Of a stretch of DNA of 64,000 nt, positions 12,258 through 26,086 are shown piece after piece. The notes beneath the pieces are model-generated. The model made no database searches. It had not been told where the DNA came from and was given only the letters and a program-made list of their open reading frames with translations. Each line of letters opens with the position of its first letter. The first letter of the stretch is position 1. A program made the position numbers and the translations under genes. Source of the stretch: Octopus sinensis (lineage: Eukaryota). Where the stretch lies: assembly GCF_006345805.1 (NCBI RefSeq), contig NC_043008.1, positions 15,996,001-16,060,000 of the forward strand, given 5' to 3'.

Positions 12258-12475
12258 TAGCGAGCTGGCAGAATCATTAGCATGCCAGGCGAAATGCTTA
12301 CCAGTATTTTGTCTGCTGCTACGTTCTGAGTTCAAATTCTGCCGAGGTCGACATTGTGTTTCATCCTTTCGGGGCCGATAAATAAAGTACCAGTTTCACA
12401 CTGGAGTCGATGTAATTGACTTAATCCCTTTGTCTGTCCTTGTTTGCCCCCTCTGTGTTTAGCCTCTTGTGAGTA
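12258..12475 (+). mobile_element. family B SINE
   Basis: GAGCTGGCAGAATCATTAGC (A box), GAGTTCAAATTC (B box), CATCCTTTCGGGG.CGATAAATAAAGTACC. Confidence 0.8.
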
Positions 12476-12869
12476 GTAAATAATTTATATTTATATACCA
12501 ACAGGTATACACGTGGTTGCATGAGATTTAAACGTATCCGATTAACTATATAAACGTAAGACAGAAGTAGCTATCATTAGCTAAAGTATTACTCAAGAAG
12601 TTCAAGTTCTCCAGTTTCGAAAAAATAACGGTTTTACGAGGTAAGATCAGAATTAACAATAGTATATTTACGTCCCATTTTGCTTGTGTGAAGACACTTC
12701 GTGTTTGCAATATATCGTAGCTGAAGAGACTGAAACACATTTCATACTGATGGCAATGTATTATATTAGGGAGGTTGTACTTTTCTGTCTACGAGAAATA
12801 TTGCATTACATTTTTGCTTCAGAAATGATATTTTGCCTTTGAGACATTATATTATAGCACTTCACTTGT

Positions 12870-13052
12870 TACGAGTGTGTATATGCATGTGTGTGTGCGT
12901 GCAAATCTGCATACGCATACATATGTGTATATCTATGTGTGTATGTGTGTGTGTGTTTATGTGTATGTATGTGTGTACATATATACGCACATACATACAT
13001 GCGTATGTGTATATATACAGACAGACTGATTCATAGATATACGCAATGTATG

Positions 13053-13106
<54 letters not shown>

Positions 13107-13159
13107 ATATATGCACACTCACACACATATATATATATATATATGTATATATATATGTT

Positions 13160-13190
<31 letters not shown>

Positions 13191-13192
13191 TC

Positions 13193-13224
<32 letters not shown>

Positions 13225-13312
13225 ATATATTCGTATATATATATGCATATATATATGTATGTATATATATATATATATATACATATATATATACATATAT
13301 ATAAATATATGT

Positions 13313-13369
<57 letters not shown>

Positions 13370-13450
13370 ATATACACATACATACATACATACATACATA
13401 CATACATACATACATACATTCATGCTTATATAAGCACATACATTGATGTA
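12870..13450. repeat. long (TA)n/(TACA)n/(TG)n array
   Basis: Direct reading. Confidence 0.9.
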
Positions 13451-13828
13451 TGTATCACATAATTATTAATAAACTTAGTTATATACATAGAAATGGAAGT
13501 GTATCCTTCGTTTCTATCTCCGCTTTGCTTTTATGTGCAGTAAATGGTCCTATCTTCCTTCAATTTATAACAGTACATCCCAATATAGACATATTTTTCC
13601 CTTTCAAACGCAGTTCAAGAAGAGATATTAGTAGTAGGATGTGTCTAGATCGTAGATAATGCTTGTAAGCCATACACACACAGAGATAATAAATAGGTAC
13701 AAATATAAATATATATGAATGTGTGCGCATGTATTAGTGCATTTATTCAGTTATGTAACCCTCTCTGCACCCACAAAGTATGACTATATACATACATACA
13801 TAAATACATTTATAAAAATATATATATA

Positions 13829-13829
13829 C

Positions 13830-13894
<65 letters not shown>

Positions 13895-14022
13895 CGCGTG
13901 TGTGTGTGTGTGTTTATACATACAAATATGTCCGCTTTGTTTTGCTAGTAGTACTATTATAACTATTATTGAACACACGAAAGTGATATAAATGTATATT
14001 GCTATTATTTTGTGGTTAGCAA

Positions 14023-14057
<35 letters not shown>

Positions 14058-14064
14058 TATTATT

Positions 14065-14095
<31 letters not shown>

Positions 14096-14106
14096 TATTA
14101 TTATTA

Positions 14107-14183
<77 letters not shown>

Positions 14184-14210
14184 GTCATTATATTATTATT
14201 ATTATTATTA

Positions 14211-14252
<42 letters not shown>

Positions 14253-14537
14253 GTCATTATTATTATTTTGAGTAGTAGTTGTAGGTAGTGGCACTACTAG
14301 GTAGTAGTAGTAGTGGTGGTAGTAGTAGTAGCCAGAGTCGTCGTCGCCGCCGTCGTCGTCGTCGTCGTCGCCGTAGTAGTAGTAGTAATATTAGTTGTAA
14401 TACCCGCAACAGATTCAATGTGACCACTATAGATATTGTTACCAGGCTCACAATGTGTGACACACTTGTTTCACTATCCACTTATCATTTGTCCCATGTC
14501 TGTATGGCTCTTTCTGTTATGTTGTAGTTGTTGTTGC

Positions 14538-14592
<55 letters not shown>

Positions 14593-14655
14593 GTTGTTGT
14601 TGTTGTTGTAGTTGTTGTTGTTGCTGTTGCTGTTGTTGTTGTTTTGTTGTTGTAG
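13829..14655. repeat. cluster of (GA)n, (ATT)n, (GTC)n, (AGT)n and (GTT)n arrays
   Basis: Direct reading. Confidence 0.9.
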
Positions 14656-16435
14656 CTTTTATTTACATTGCGGTTGCTGTATCTCGCTATGACAAAAAAA
14701 ACCTTTTAACTATTCCGATGGCTGCACTATTACCGCGTTGATAGTAAACGAGAACTATCCATTTCCAGATTATTTTCAAAGAACCCTGTAGGGAAGCACG
14801 AAAATACATTCACGGATACATATTTCTTTGTTTCATCTTCTTACCAAATGCTTAGCAAAAATGTTGTCCTCAACAGCAGACCAGAACACCAAAGCTACTT
14901 TTGAATATAATCACGCTTTAGAAATAATAAAATATGAACTTATTAAATGCATAATCATTTACAAATCGATAAACAGAAAAGAAGGACGATAACTTTAGGA
15001 ATATTGACAAAATGTGAGCGACACTCTTGGTAGCAATATCTATAAAGGCAGTTGGGCACACGCCCCTACTTTAAAATGCAAGCATATTTTAGGGAAAATA
15101 TTTTCGCCTATATCGTCAGTACAAATCAAATACTACAAAATGTAAGCTTGTAGAAATGATAAGAAATATGAGAGAAATATATAAAAAGATACAGTGAATC
15201 CTTGCCTAAGTAGTGTGTACAGGAGATGGCAAAGTGGAACTACGCGTGCTTATGTGTATTGAAAAAGCCGTGGGCATTCAGTGGTACTCAGTACATCGTG
15301 CATAAGTTGATGTGTTAGATTCTTGGGGAATAGTACGTGCTATTTCACATGGCAATATCTACAAGATTGCCTGCCTCAAGGTTTGTACCAGTGACTGAGC
15401 AACAGAGCAAGCATAAATATTTACGATGAAGACCCAATAGGTGAAGCATAGAAAAACGTTTTTGTGGACAGTGGTTAACGCAAATATTGATTTATGTCCC
15501 ATTAATTGCCTGGTTCATAATAATTGCTTGCTTTGGGTATATGATCACATGTCATGATCCCTAAAATTAATCCGATACTTGATAATAATTCAACAAGAGA
15601 CAGAATAGACACTCTAAGTTTTACGGGATCAGTTCAAGCAGGATATATTTTATTTCTGGGAACGATTTATGTTGTATTGTCAAAGACGCGTATAAAGGCA
15701 ACTTGTTTCATTGCTATTTCAAACAAGATCAAAAACAGTGTTTGCGATCAAGTTTTTACTGGTTAATAGGCAAGCCAGTATTTGATCAAAGGTGGAGCCT
15801 TTAAACTTTTATAGACATACGTACATTTTAAGTAGTAAAAGTACCTGAAATGGTCGTGGTAGCAAGCTAGATCAAAGTCATTGTTTGTGATGAAGCGTAT
15901 TTCGAATGGTCCGCACCTCCATTTGACATCAAAGAGAAAATTTCATAAATTTTCTGGCATAAATAAATTTCAAGTAGTAAGAAGCGTGTATCAGAATATA
16001 AAAAAAACCCAAAAAAACATATAGCATTTAAAAATATAATGTATTTTCAGCATTCTTTTAGTATTCTTCAAATTTTCTAATAAACAAATGAATGAATAAA
16101 TAAATAAAGTTGTGTGTTTCCTTCTATTATTTTCAAGTTCTTTGAAATAATTCGGTTTCCGGAAAATATGTTCATCGGGACATGTAGAAGGCTATATATA
16201 TCATCATACATGCATATGCTAAGTGTCTAGTAGTGCGTAGAAAATGTGTCCCATCATCTGGCAATCAGTTTACTTTGAATTTTGCTTTATACTGCCACCT
16301 CCTACGACCATATTAAAGGTGATGTCACAGACGAAATATGGATGTACAATAGGGCGTAGAATAGGGCTGCTTCTCATATACATAGCAAGCAGCAATGTAA
16401 CCGAAATTGAGTAACAATTTCAGATTCACTATTAG

Positions 16436-16481
<46 letters not shown>

Positions 16482-16519
16482 TAATAATAATAATAATAAT
16501 GATAATACATGCATTATAA

Positions 16520-17640
16520 TACATGTTCTTTCTATTTTATTCACCACAACAATGTCCGGTTTCCGATGTCTACCTAGGTGATCTCACTGAATCATTGCAT
16601 CCCACAGGATTTCCCATTGTTCATTTTCGGTGACTTGTTCTTTGGTTGCCTCATACCACATCTTAGATCTTTGTAAGCTGTGATTTCCACAGATCTGTCA
16701 ATGGATCATTCTTGTCATTTTGTCATGTCTTTTGTAATCGCGTTGTACCAATTTCGGAAATTCGATAATGATGTGTTATACCGTTTCTCCACACTCACCA
16801 CAAATTCTGATTTGTCACTCTCGGTAGCGATGTTAATTTTGCACTTCAAATAGTTAGTCCTTAAGGCTTGTTCTTGTGTTGCGCATATAAGTGCTTCTGT
16901 TTCTATTTTCAAGTTACTCCTCTTCATCCATAGCCACCGGCATTCTGCAGCCTTCTTGGCGTTCGTATCTCTTGCAAACCCACCTACATTTTTCCTCCTT
17001 CCATGCTATTTATTTTTTTGCATTCGTTTCCTCTTTAGGTTTTTCTGTCTTTAAAAGATTATCAATTTTGAAGGTGCCGAAATTTATCCAGGTATTTCAA
17101 GAATGGTTCCACGGAATTGTTTTACATATCACCCTAAGCTGTTTCCTCTGTTTATTTACAATCCTGGCAACTGGCCATACTCCTTCTAACTTTTCTTCTG
17201 CACAAGTACAGCCTATGTTTGTTACACTTATTTTCGTTGACATCGTATACATGTCCATCAGTTCTGTCTTTTGCTAGTTTATGATTTCAGGTTCCGTACA
17301 GAAGTGATGATATCGTTCTTGTATTAATTGGATTTTATTCTTTCCGGTAAATATTGAGCACAACACCAATCTTAGACTTTGGAAATATTTCATCCCCAAT
17401 TGTTCTTTCATCTCCTTCTCCGTGATTTCTTTGAACTCTAATCTACCAAGGCATTTGGCACCTTCCTTTTCAATTTGTTTAATCAGTTCTCTATCAGGTA
17501 ATTGTATGCCTGATGCAGACTGTACCTTGCCTCTTTTCAGATACATCATAGTACACTGCTTGCATCCGGATTCCATTCTAAAATCAGCACTAAAACAGTG
17601 GAGTGTCTTCACCAGTTCATTGACAAAAACGAAGTAGGTG
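16520..17640 (-). mobile_element. R4/Dong-clade LINE relic (RT end to start of REL)
   Basis: Minus-strand peptides FSADFRMESGCKQC..KRGK, KEMKEQL..RLVL.S...KNKI, LKIETEALICATQEQALRTNYLKCKI, KPDIVVVNK. Abuts the (AAT)n at 16436-16508. Confidence 0.85.
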
Positions 17641-17779
17641 AAAATGAATCTCATCTCTACTTTAACCTTTGCCGGGGATAATTTGTCGCCACACCTAATA
17701 TAATGCATTTTCCCATGAAGCATATTTATAAGAAATTTGTAGGAGGAAAAGCGCAGTCTCTTGTTTGTCAGCTGCCTGG

Positions 17780-18050
17780 CTGGCTATCTATCTATATATC
17801 TATCTATCTATCTATCCATCTTCCATCCATACATCTATCTATCTATATATATATGTATATATATATATATCTATTTATATATCTATCTTTCCGTCTATCT
17901 ATCTATCTATCTATCAATCTATCACGTGTGCACCTGTGGGTATATCTGTTAATTTATCTCTCTATGGATGAAAGAATGAATGAATGAATCATCAATGAAT
18001 CAGTCAATCCATCTGTCTATCTGTCTATCACCTACCTATTTATCTATACT
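17780..18050. repeat. (CTAT)n/(TA)n/(GAAT)n array
   Basis: Direct reading. Confidence 0.85.
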
Positions 18051-20783
18051 TTTACATACATTGAGTATCATGCAGAGATTACTATTTTCATTCAATACTG
18101 CTTTAGTCTCATACACCAAATATATCCAAGTTATTTTCATCTGGCCATACATATGGTGTCAGTTGAAAATTTATAAATATCTTGTAGAATATGTTATAAC
18201 AAAAACCTGGTGATACACCATCAGTTTATATGAATATTATTCATTAACTCTGTTACAAATGATTCAACAATTTCTTGTGGTATTTTTCTCATAGTTTTAA
18301 GTAGTTATTGCTTGTTTATCTATAACCCTCTTAAATATATTCGAGAAACAGAAAAAAAAAAAACGGAATTTAAACAAATATAGATGAGTTATTTGAAAAA
18401 AAGAATAATGGAATATGCTACGCTGTTACATTGACTTCTTTTGATCTATGTAAATACAAGGCGTACGTAAGGGAAATTATAATTAAAAATGTCGATTTTC
18501 TGCGTACGAAAAAAACTGATTAATCAAACGATGAAATTTTTAACAATATAATGTGTATCTATTGTCTATCGCAACGAATTTGTTTTAGATGTTGATACAA
18601 AGTAATTTTCCAACAATATCGTTGCTATCGTTGCTACATAAATAACGTTTTCTTTTATTTTACATTCTAATATTTAGGTCGTTGAAGCATAAAATCATAA
18701 AAGAGAGTAAAAAAAAATAAAGACAGATAGGGTGTGTACTAAGCACAGCTGATTTAATGAATTGTAACCGAGGTGTGCTGTACATTGTTTTTGAAAAACT
18801 GATTATAACTACACTAATATAAGGAGGCTTAGAAGTGGTGTGATGGTAGTTAGTAAGAAAAGACAAAAAAGTTGCTTACAGATACCAACGGGATTTGAAA
18901 CGTACGTACAGATGTTTCCGTTTTCTCGATTCTTTAATATATTGTATAGAACGTATTGTCTTCAAACGACATAAGACATGGACTTCATTAATAAGTGTAT
19001 AGATATGCCTCATAGTATTATATTTATTGCTCTCTTTCTTTGGAGATAAGGGTCTTGTGTCACCAAGAAAAATTCATTCTGAAAAAAGGCCTATTCAATT
19101 TGCAAAGTAGAACGTTATTCAAAAAGATATAACGAGACAAAAAATGAAGAGGTAGATGCAAAAAGTGGAGGGGTGAATGAAAACTGAGCGAAAGAAAAGA
19201 AAATTAATGCTATGTCCCACATTTCCCAATAAAGCAATTACGTAGGCTACTTGTAGAATAATTCAAAGGGGAGAGACTGCGTGAGGGCTGCTCAATCCTT
19301 CTGCCCCAGTTTGCCAAACATATTCCCAGACGTATTTGTATCGTCAGGGTATCCAACAGGGGACATCAGTGAGCAGTTATGGTGTTTTATTTTTAGCGTA
19401 AGGGAGAACTTTTTCTACATAGTAACAGTAGTGAATTTGCCTTTAGAAGATGAAATATATCAGAATCATATCTGATGCCTCAACAGTTTGGCGCTGATAA
19501 TGATGAATTCCATTCGACCTGGCGATCTAATGCCACAACTCAGTCAATGTTGTTCACTGTGTTTTAGTTGAAGCTACAGCTTGAATTAAGTCCGTCCAGA
19601 GTTGCCTCTTTTCAGATTTTCCCATTGATTAAAGAGTTAGAAACGCTTCTGGGAATCTGACATGGTGTTGTACTTGACAGCCATGATGTTTTTACACGTT
19701 TTCTACCATCAGATAGCAATTTCCACTACGGTAACTGTAGTGAATTCGGCTTTAGAATCTGAAATATATAACAAACATATTTTATCTAAGCTAATGTTCG
19801 CCGATATCTATGCATATGTATGTGTGTGTGTGTGCGTGCGTACGCGCATGCGGACGGGTGTACGTGTGGGTGGGCCTGTGTGTGTATATATGGGTGTGTG
19901 TGTTTGTGTATCTGTGCATGGTTGTATATATGTATCAGAAAATTCATAATTCTATAAATTTCAATATTGGTTCCCTCGGGTATGATTTATGTCCTTAAAA
20001 CTATAAAGTTATAATGTATAATAGAAATATTATACGAAAGAGATATGAGTAATGCAATACCAATCTCCGATGACATATCGTTTCCGATAGGTTTTTCACC
20101 CACTTTTGTACTCATTTAAGGAATATATATAATGCATAATAGTTACTGCACTTTTACATCACTGGAAGAAGCTACGCTATGATGGCAAGATTTTAGTACT
20201 TTTCTTTCGGTGTTCAACATCGATCATTGAAAAGTACATTACTAATTATAAACCATTTCATTAACCCGTCAAAAACACCCAATATGTTTGCGAGTAATTT
20301 CTGCTTCCTTTGTGTACACAAAGCTAACAGTTTCGCAGTAGAAGTAAATCGAATCAATTTATATCATCATACACCCCAGTACTTAACTCGTGTGTATTTT
20401 ATCAGCCCAAATTTGACGATAGCAATATCCATCCCTGCGAGATTTTGAAGTCAACACATGAGGAGGGACGAAATGCCGCGAAGCGTTTGGCCCGTTGTAC
20501 TGAAGTACCAGTTAGCTGCCTTAGACTAAATAAATTTTGGTTTCAATTTTTGGTATAAGAGTGAGCAGGGAAAGTCACTTACATCAAAACTAGTGTTCAC
20601 GTGGTACTTATTTTTATCGAGCCCGAGAGTATTACGGAAAATTCGACCTTCGTAGAATTTGCATAATATATGGACGTATGAAATACAGCTAAGCATTTTC
20701 CCCGGCGTGCTAACAATTCTGCCAGCTCACCGACTAAAATTAAATATTTATACGGTTCTATATTTAAGAGATGAAGAATTATG

Positions 20784-20958
20784 TACATTATTTACATTCA
20801 ACGGATATTTGTCCTCATCTTGTTTGTTGTTAACACAAGGTTTCGGCTGATGAAATGTCTTGGGGAAATTTCGAACCAGGGTTCTCATTCCTAAGGTATT
20901 TTTCGATATTATTATTATTATTATTAATATTATTATTATTATTATCATCATCATCATC

Positions 20959-20991
<33 letters not shown>

Positions 20992-21622
20992 GAGTAAGAG
21001 AGCAGTGCATGCCATCAAAGTGACACTAGGGTAAAATATACGAAGCCCAATATACCCATCATGTCTACCCGTCTGATAAAGGTACACCAGGCACATGCAT
21101 CACAACCATATGTGCGCGACATGGTGATCTCATATCAAGATAAACAGCACATGACCTTGCAGGTGGGGCCCAGTTAGAATTTTCTTCAGTTTGAGTAGCC
21201 CATCCCGCTCAAAAGGTCCCTGAATAAGGGTTGCTTAAGGATGTTGAAAGAACCACCCATGTTTCCAGAGGTGAATTATTCAAACCCCAAAGAAGCCCTC
21301 TCAACAAATGGCTATGATGCTCCCCCACTACTTCTGCTCGTGATCAGAGATGCACATATCGTCAGCCACTAAGGGACATGCTCAACTGGTTAAGGTCAAA
21401 CAACTGACAAGCAAATCTGTGGTATTGAGCAGAATATTTGCTGTAGCCCATCTATTATTATTATTATTATTATTATTATAACATCGAAAAATACCTTAGG
21501 AATGAGAACCCTGGTTAGACATTTCCACAAGACCTAAAAAAGGCTGGAAGGTATACCAGCCGAAATGTTGTGTTAAGAACAAACAAGATGAGGACAAACA
21601 TCTGTCCAATGTAAATAATGTA
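20784..21622. mobile_element. composite fold-back/MITE-like element with ~125-145 bp inverted arms
   Basis: 20784-20910 is the reverse complement of 21479-21622 (TACATTATTTACATT...CAGGGTTCTCATTCCTAAGGTATTTTTCGAT), with TA at both outer ends and (ATT)n inside both arms. Confidence 0.8.
20992..21453. repeat. ~460-bp interspersed repeat, family E here, inside (ATT)n
   Basis: Diverged second copy at 58960-59410 shares GGTGA.CTCATATCAAGATAAACAGC.CATGAC and CATATCGTCAGCCA. Confidence 0.8.
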
Positions 21623-21654
21623 AGTAATGTTAAATATTTATATTTGTTAACTTG

Positions 21655-22375
21655 TTAAGACGGCGCGATGGTAGATTCATTAGAGTGCCGAGCAAAATGC
21701 TTAGTATCATTTTGTCCGTCTTCACCTTCTGAGTTCAAATTCCGCCGAGATCGACCCCTCCAACGAACCTGCTGGCCTTGTGTCCAATTTTCAAATCAAT
21801 ACTTGCTAACTATTTAAAGCGGTGAGCTGACAGAATCGTTAGCAAGCTAGACAATATGCTGAGCACCATTTCGTCCGTCTTTACTTTCTGATTTCAAACG
21901 CCGCCGAGGTGGACTTTGTCTTTCATCATTTTACTATAATCGTGTTATCACTTAGCTGTAGTCACGGAATAAATAGAATCATTGAGAGAAACTGTTTTGA
22001 ACAAGATATAAATTCGGAGTAAATTCCCATTTAATACTAACTAAATTGCTCTGTATCATTAACATACTTTTCAAATCCCTAAACAATTGACAGAAAGGCC
22101 TTTCTATGCTATTTAAATACAAGAAAGCGTTCCGAAAATGATGGCAGTATCTTATATTGGTATAATGCGGCCAGCTGGCAGAATTGTGAGCAAGCATGGC
22201 AAAATGCAGCATTTAGTCCGACTTCACGTTCTGTGTTCAAATTCCGCCGAGGTAAAATTTGTCTTTCATCTTTTCAGGGTCGACAAAATATGTACTAGTT
22301 GAATTTTCGTGTCGATGTAATCGACTTACTCCTCCATTGGAATTGTTGGCCTTGTACCAAAATTTGAAATCAATA
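21655..22375 (+). mobile_element. three family B SINE fragments in the same orientation (21655-21800, 21817-21930, 22170-22375)
   Basis: Each has GCAGAAT..TTAGC / CAAATTCCGCCGAG motifs. Confidence 0.75.
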
Positions 22376-22932
22376 ATTTATAATGGCATTCACTATCTTG
22401 TTCTATCCTTTTGTTATGTAAGTATATATTTATCTAAATCTGGTATGGCTCTATTCTCTCTGTTATTCTTTCTTTCTATCAGCCCTTTCACGCTTACTTC
22501 GTTCATTCCACTCTTCGTTCTTTCGTTAACCCTGTCTCACATTTCCTTGCCTTCTCTTCATGCTCACTTTCCCTCCTCTTTTCACTTCACTGTGTCCCTG
22601 TCATCTTTCTCGCCCCTCCTTAATTATTCTCTCCCTCCGCTTCTACCGCTCTCTCTTCTCTCCCCACGATCTACGTTTTACGTTTCTGATTTTCTATTTC
22701 GATCTCTCTCTTTCATATTCTCATTCTCTCTCTCTGTCTCTGACTGTGTGTCTGTCTCTCTCTCTTTCTCTGTGTACTTTTAAACATTGTTAAAGTAAAA
22801 TATTATCGAATTATAATATTTCAAAATACTGTTGAAAGTACTTCAATGTTCGTTCTGCAAGATACATACAACATTTGCATATATGTAATATATACACATA
22901 TACATACATACATACATGCATACATACACACT

Positions 22933-22999
<67 letters not shown>

Positions 23000-23009
23000 T
23001 ACATAAATA

Positions 23010-23050
<41 letters not shown>

Positions 23051-23621
23051 AGTCACACACACATACACACACACATATATGGCTTCACTGATATGCATAC
23101 ATTTATACAGACATTGAAACGCACGTACATTTGTATGCACGCAAGCTTTTCGTTCCGTCATCTAAGTTATACCGTTGTTTGGTGAACGGCATTATTTGTA
23201 CTCTGCTGCAGAGAGAAATCTCTGAGAAACTTAAAGGGAATCATTTCATATACTGTAAGAATTATTCAGAATTATCGATGTGCTGTGTGATCGAATTCTG
23301 GTAAAAGTTATTCATTTAGTATATCATTTAAATCATGCTTGGTCACGTACAGCTATCGATCAGTACATTACAATACGTTTTACCTAGATTGAAAACATAT
23401 TTGATCAATATAAGTGATTCAATGACAGACAAGCGAATTTTATTCATTGATTCTCCTTTAATGAAAGCAAATAGAAATTCTTACTAAAAATAGCACCACA
23501 AAAATTTCAAAATTACGAATATCTATCCATCTTGCGAAAGAGATGTCCATGGCATATCACGTTCCCAAATTCGTCTTCTTTCCTTTCATTTTTTTTTTAT
23601 TATCCCATAGATGTATTAATA

Positions 23622-23965
23622 GGTGAAGGCATGCCTGTGGGGCTACGAAGCTTGCTTTGTAATCACCTAGTCTTGGTTCAATTCCAGTGTGCATTTGTCG
23701 CAAGGATGTGTCTCCTCCTATTACAACCCCGAGACGACCAGGGACTTGAGAGGGAATTTGGTAGACGAAAACTCTACAGAAACTCTTTGTATGGGAGGGG
23801 ACAATTAGTTCTTTATGTTCTCGTTAGCGGTTGGACAAAAAGTGTACCGGTAGTAAAATTACCAAATTCATTAAAAAAAAACATTACTGGTATCGATTTG
23901 TAGAACTATACATTCCAAGGTATATCTCCAGTATGATCGATCACCAGTGACTGAATCAAATAAAA
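23622..23965 (+). mobile_element. old, diverged family A SINE
   Basis: GAAGCTTGCTT...GGATGTGTCTCCTCCTATTAC...TTTGGTAGACGAAAACT...CCAGTGACTGAATC. Confidence 0.6.
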
Positions 23966-24009
23966 ATGTATGGAAGTGGCTTAAAGTCAGCTACACAGCT
24001 GCTCAATCC

Positions 24010-24399
24010 GAATTGATGGTGTTCTGCGATTCGCCACACGAAAAGTGTTAATCTGGATTTTAGCAGTGACATAGGATTGTTAGGTCTGAAATTGATATGC
24101 TACACATAACTTGCATTTTTTAGATCCATTAACATATGACTTGAATTTTTCTACGGTTTTCCACTCGATGGTATGCGACGTTGATTTGGTCTTCAAAGAA
24201 CATACGCGATTCGCCAACTTACAAGGTTTACTTTTGTCCTTGTGCATAAAAGAAGAGAGATTGTTAGCATAGCGTCTATTGAAGTTGGCTTCGCTTAGCC
24301 TGATGTAATTTTCCTCTTAGGTTAGGCTATCATGTAGCGTTCCTCTATCTTCTGCCTCATATACGGTGGAGTTTATCAGGCACGCATGGTCAAGGGGCA
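24010..24399 (-). mobile_element. Penelope-like element GIY-YIG endonuclease / C-terminal relic
   Basis: Minus-strand translation [14 protein letters not shown]...[21 protein letters not shown]...KLANRVCSLK...IEWKTVEKFKSYVNGSKKCKLC matches the PLE pattern CPLxGxCLxxxxVYxA..YIGLTExxFKxRYxNH..W..Y.NG.K.C.LC. Confidence 0.75.
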
Positions 24400-24431
24400 T
24401 ATACATACACACACATACATACATACATACA

Positions 24432-24555
<124 letters not shown>

Positions 24556-24574
24556 TGGGGAACCTAATATATAG

Positions 24575-24645
24575 ATGGGGAACCTATACGCCAAGGAAAC
24601 CGGGAAACCGGCCCTTATGAGCCAGGAATGGCTCGAGAAGGAACA
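24575..24645 (+). mobile_element. 3' tail fragment of a family D SINE
   Basis: GGGGAACCTATACGCCAAGGAAACCGGGAAACCGGCCCTTATGAG resembles the decayed tail at 2320-2360. Confidence 0.5.
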
Positions 24646-24660
24646 CACATATATATACAA

Positions 24661-24890
24661 GTAGAGCTGAAGATTTTGACCAAGATGTAGGCAAGAATTT
24701 GTCGCTTGTCGTCGACATACTGGTCGGAAAGGCGCAAACTATCGCCATTCCGTCCAAAACAATCTGCGATATACACTACACTATAGACAAGGTGGTTAAT
24801 CCTGGCATACAGGAGCACTGATACATTCACATCAGTCCAAAACATTCAATAGAGTTGACCATCGCTATCTGGCGGCAGTTCTCGCTTCTC
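24661..24890 (+). mobile_element. L1/Tx1-clade RT fragment
   Basis: ELKILTK..LVGKAQTIAIPS...ALI..QSKTFNRVDHRYLAAVL; same family as 10060-11330. Confidence 0.8.
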
Positions 24891-25693
24891 TGCCAGACAG
24901 TTAATGCGAGCGGCGCTGTTTCTATCTCGTCTTTTTATAGAGGCTTAATGGCTGGTAAGTGCGATGACGCTCTAAATAAAACTCTGAGCCTCGATGACGA
25001 GCAACTCACTAGTCCGTTCGGGCCAGGGCCCATGGATAACTACCTGAAATTCCTGACATGGCAGTGCTACTGAGGAGCTCTGCATTTTCGTGATAAACAC
25101 TTTAGGCACAAATATGCAGACACACGGGCATGTCCGAGATTTGCAACCGCCGCGTACGTTTAAAACCAAATGGATGCAAGTGGCACTATCGATAAGTATG
25201 AATGTAACCAACTTGGTCGAAATACCTTAGTCTCCCGTATGAGACTAGTACTAAGTCGTGGCTTATGGAGTCTCCATACCCAACATTTCATCTTGTTATC
25301 GTATAAATGTTACAGAAAATTTTTATTTATTAAAATTCTATTCATATTGTTATTCAATCAGCTAATTCCGCCTTACTGTTGACCCCTATTTGTATTGTCT
25401 GTCGTCCTGTTTTGGCCGGTTTTTTATAGCCCTTTGTCCCCTGTTTAAAATAAAATTTCTTACCGCTCAACGACAGCGATGATTTGCTTATAGGGATCAA
25501 ATGTTTGTGCAGGCAAAAGCTCATTCCCTCCATCAGATCGACATCATCTTCACAGGTGCAAAGCGTGCCACACACTAACCACTAAGCCATGGGGTTTCAC
25601 CCACATCCTACACATACGCATACACATGCATGCATACATACAAACACACATATATGTATATATATACATACATACATACATATATATATATAT

Positions 25694-25784
<91 letters not shown>

Positions 25785-26030
25785 TATATATATATAATAT
25801 ATATACGTTTAAATATTTGTTGTGCAATATATAAATGTATGTATATATATAAACTTAATGTTAATAAAAGTCGCGATGCGTGGCATTCAGTTACTCAATA
25901 AATGAAAAATGAATTATTTACTTGAAAACTTACACGTTCGACAGAAATACAAGGACCTTCTGTATGTACGCGTGTGTAGATGCGCGTGTGTGTGTATGTT
26001 TATATATATGATATATATATATATTACTTC

Positions 26031-26086
<56 letters not shown>

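Noticed and set aside
12718-12750. CTGAAGA-GACT-GAAAC motif
   Set aside because: No room for stem II and no flanking stems.
12833-13462. Many 60-190 aa ORFs rich in YI, CV, HT, LLL, III (here and throughout the window)
   Set aside because: They are translations of di-, tri- and tetranucleotide microsatellites, which lack stops in some frames.
25440-25600. Minus-strand GCG|GTAAGA donor with a 73-aa ORF
   Set aside because: The upstream part is a SINE A-box remnant, and no acceptor gives an open exon.
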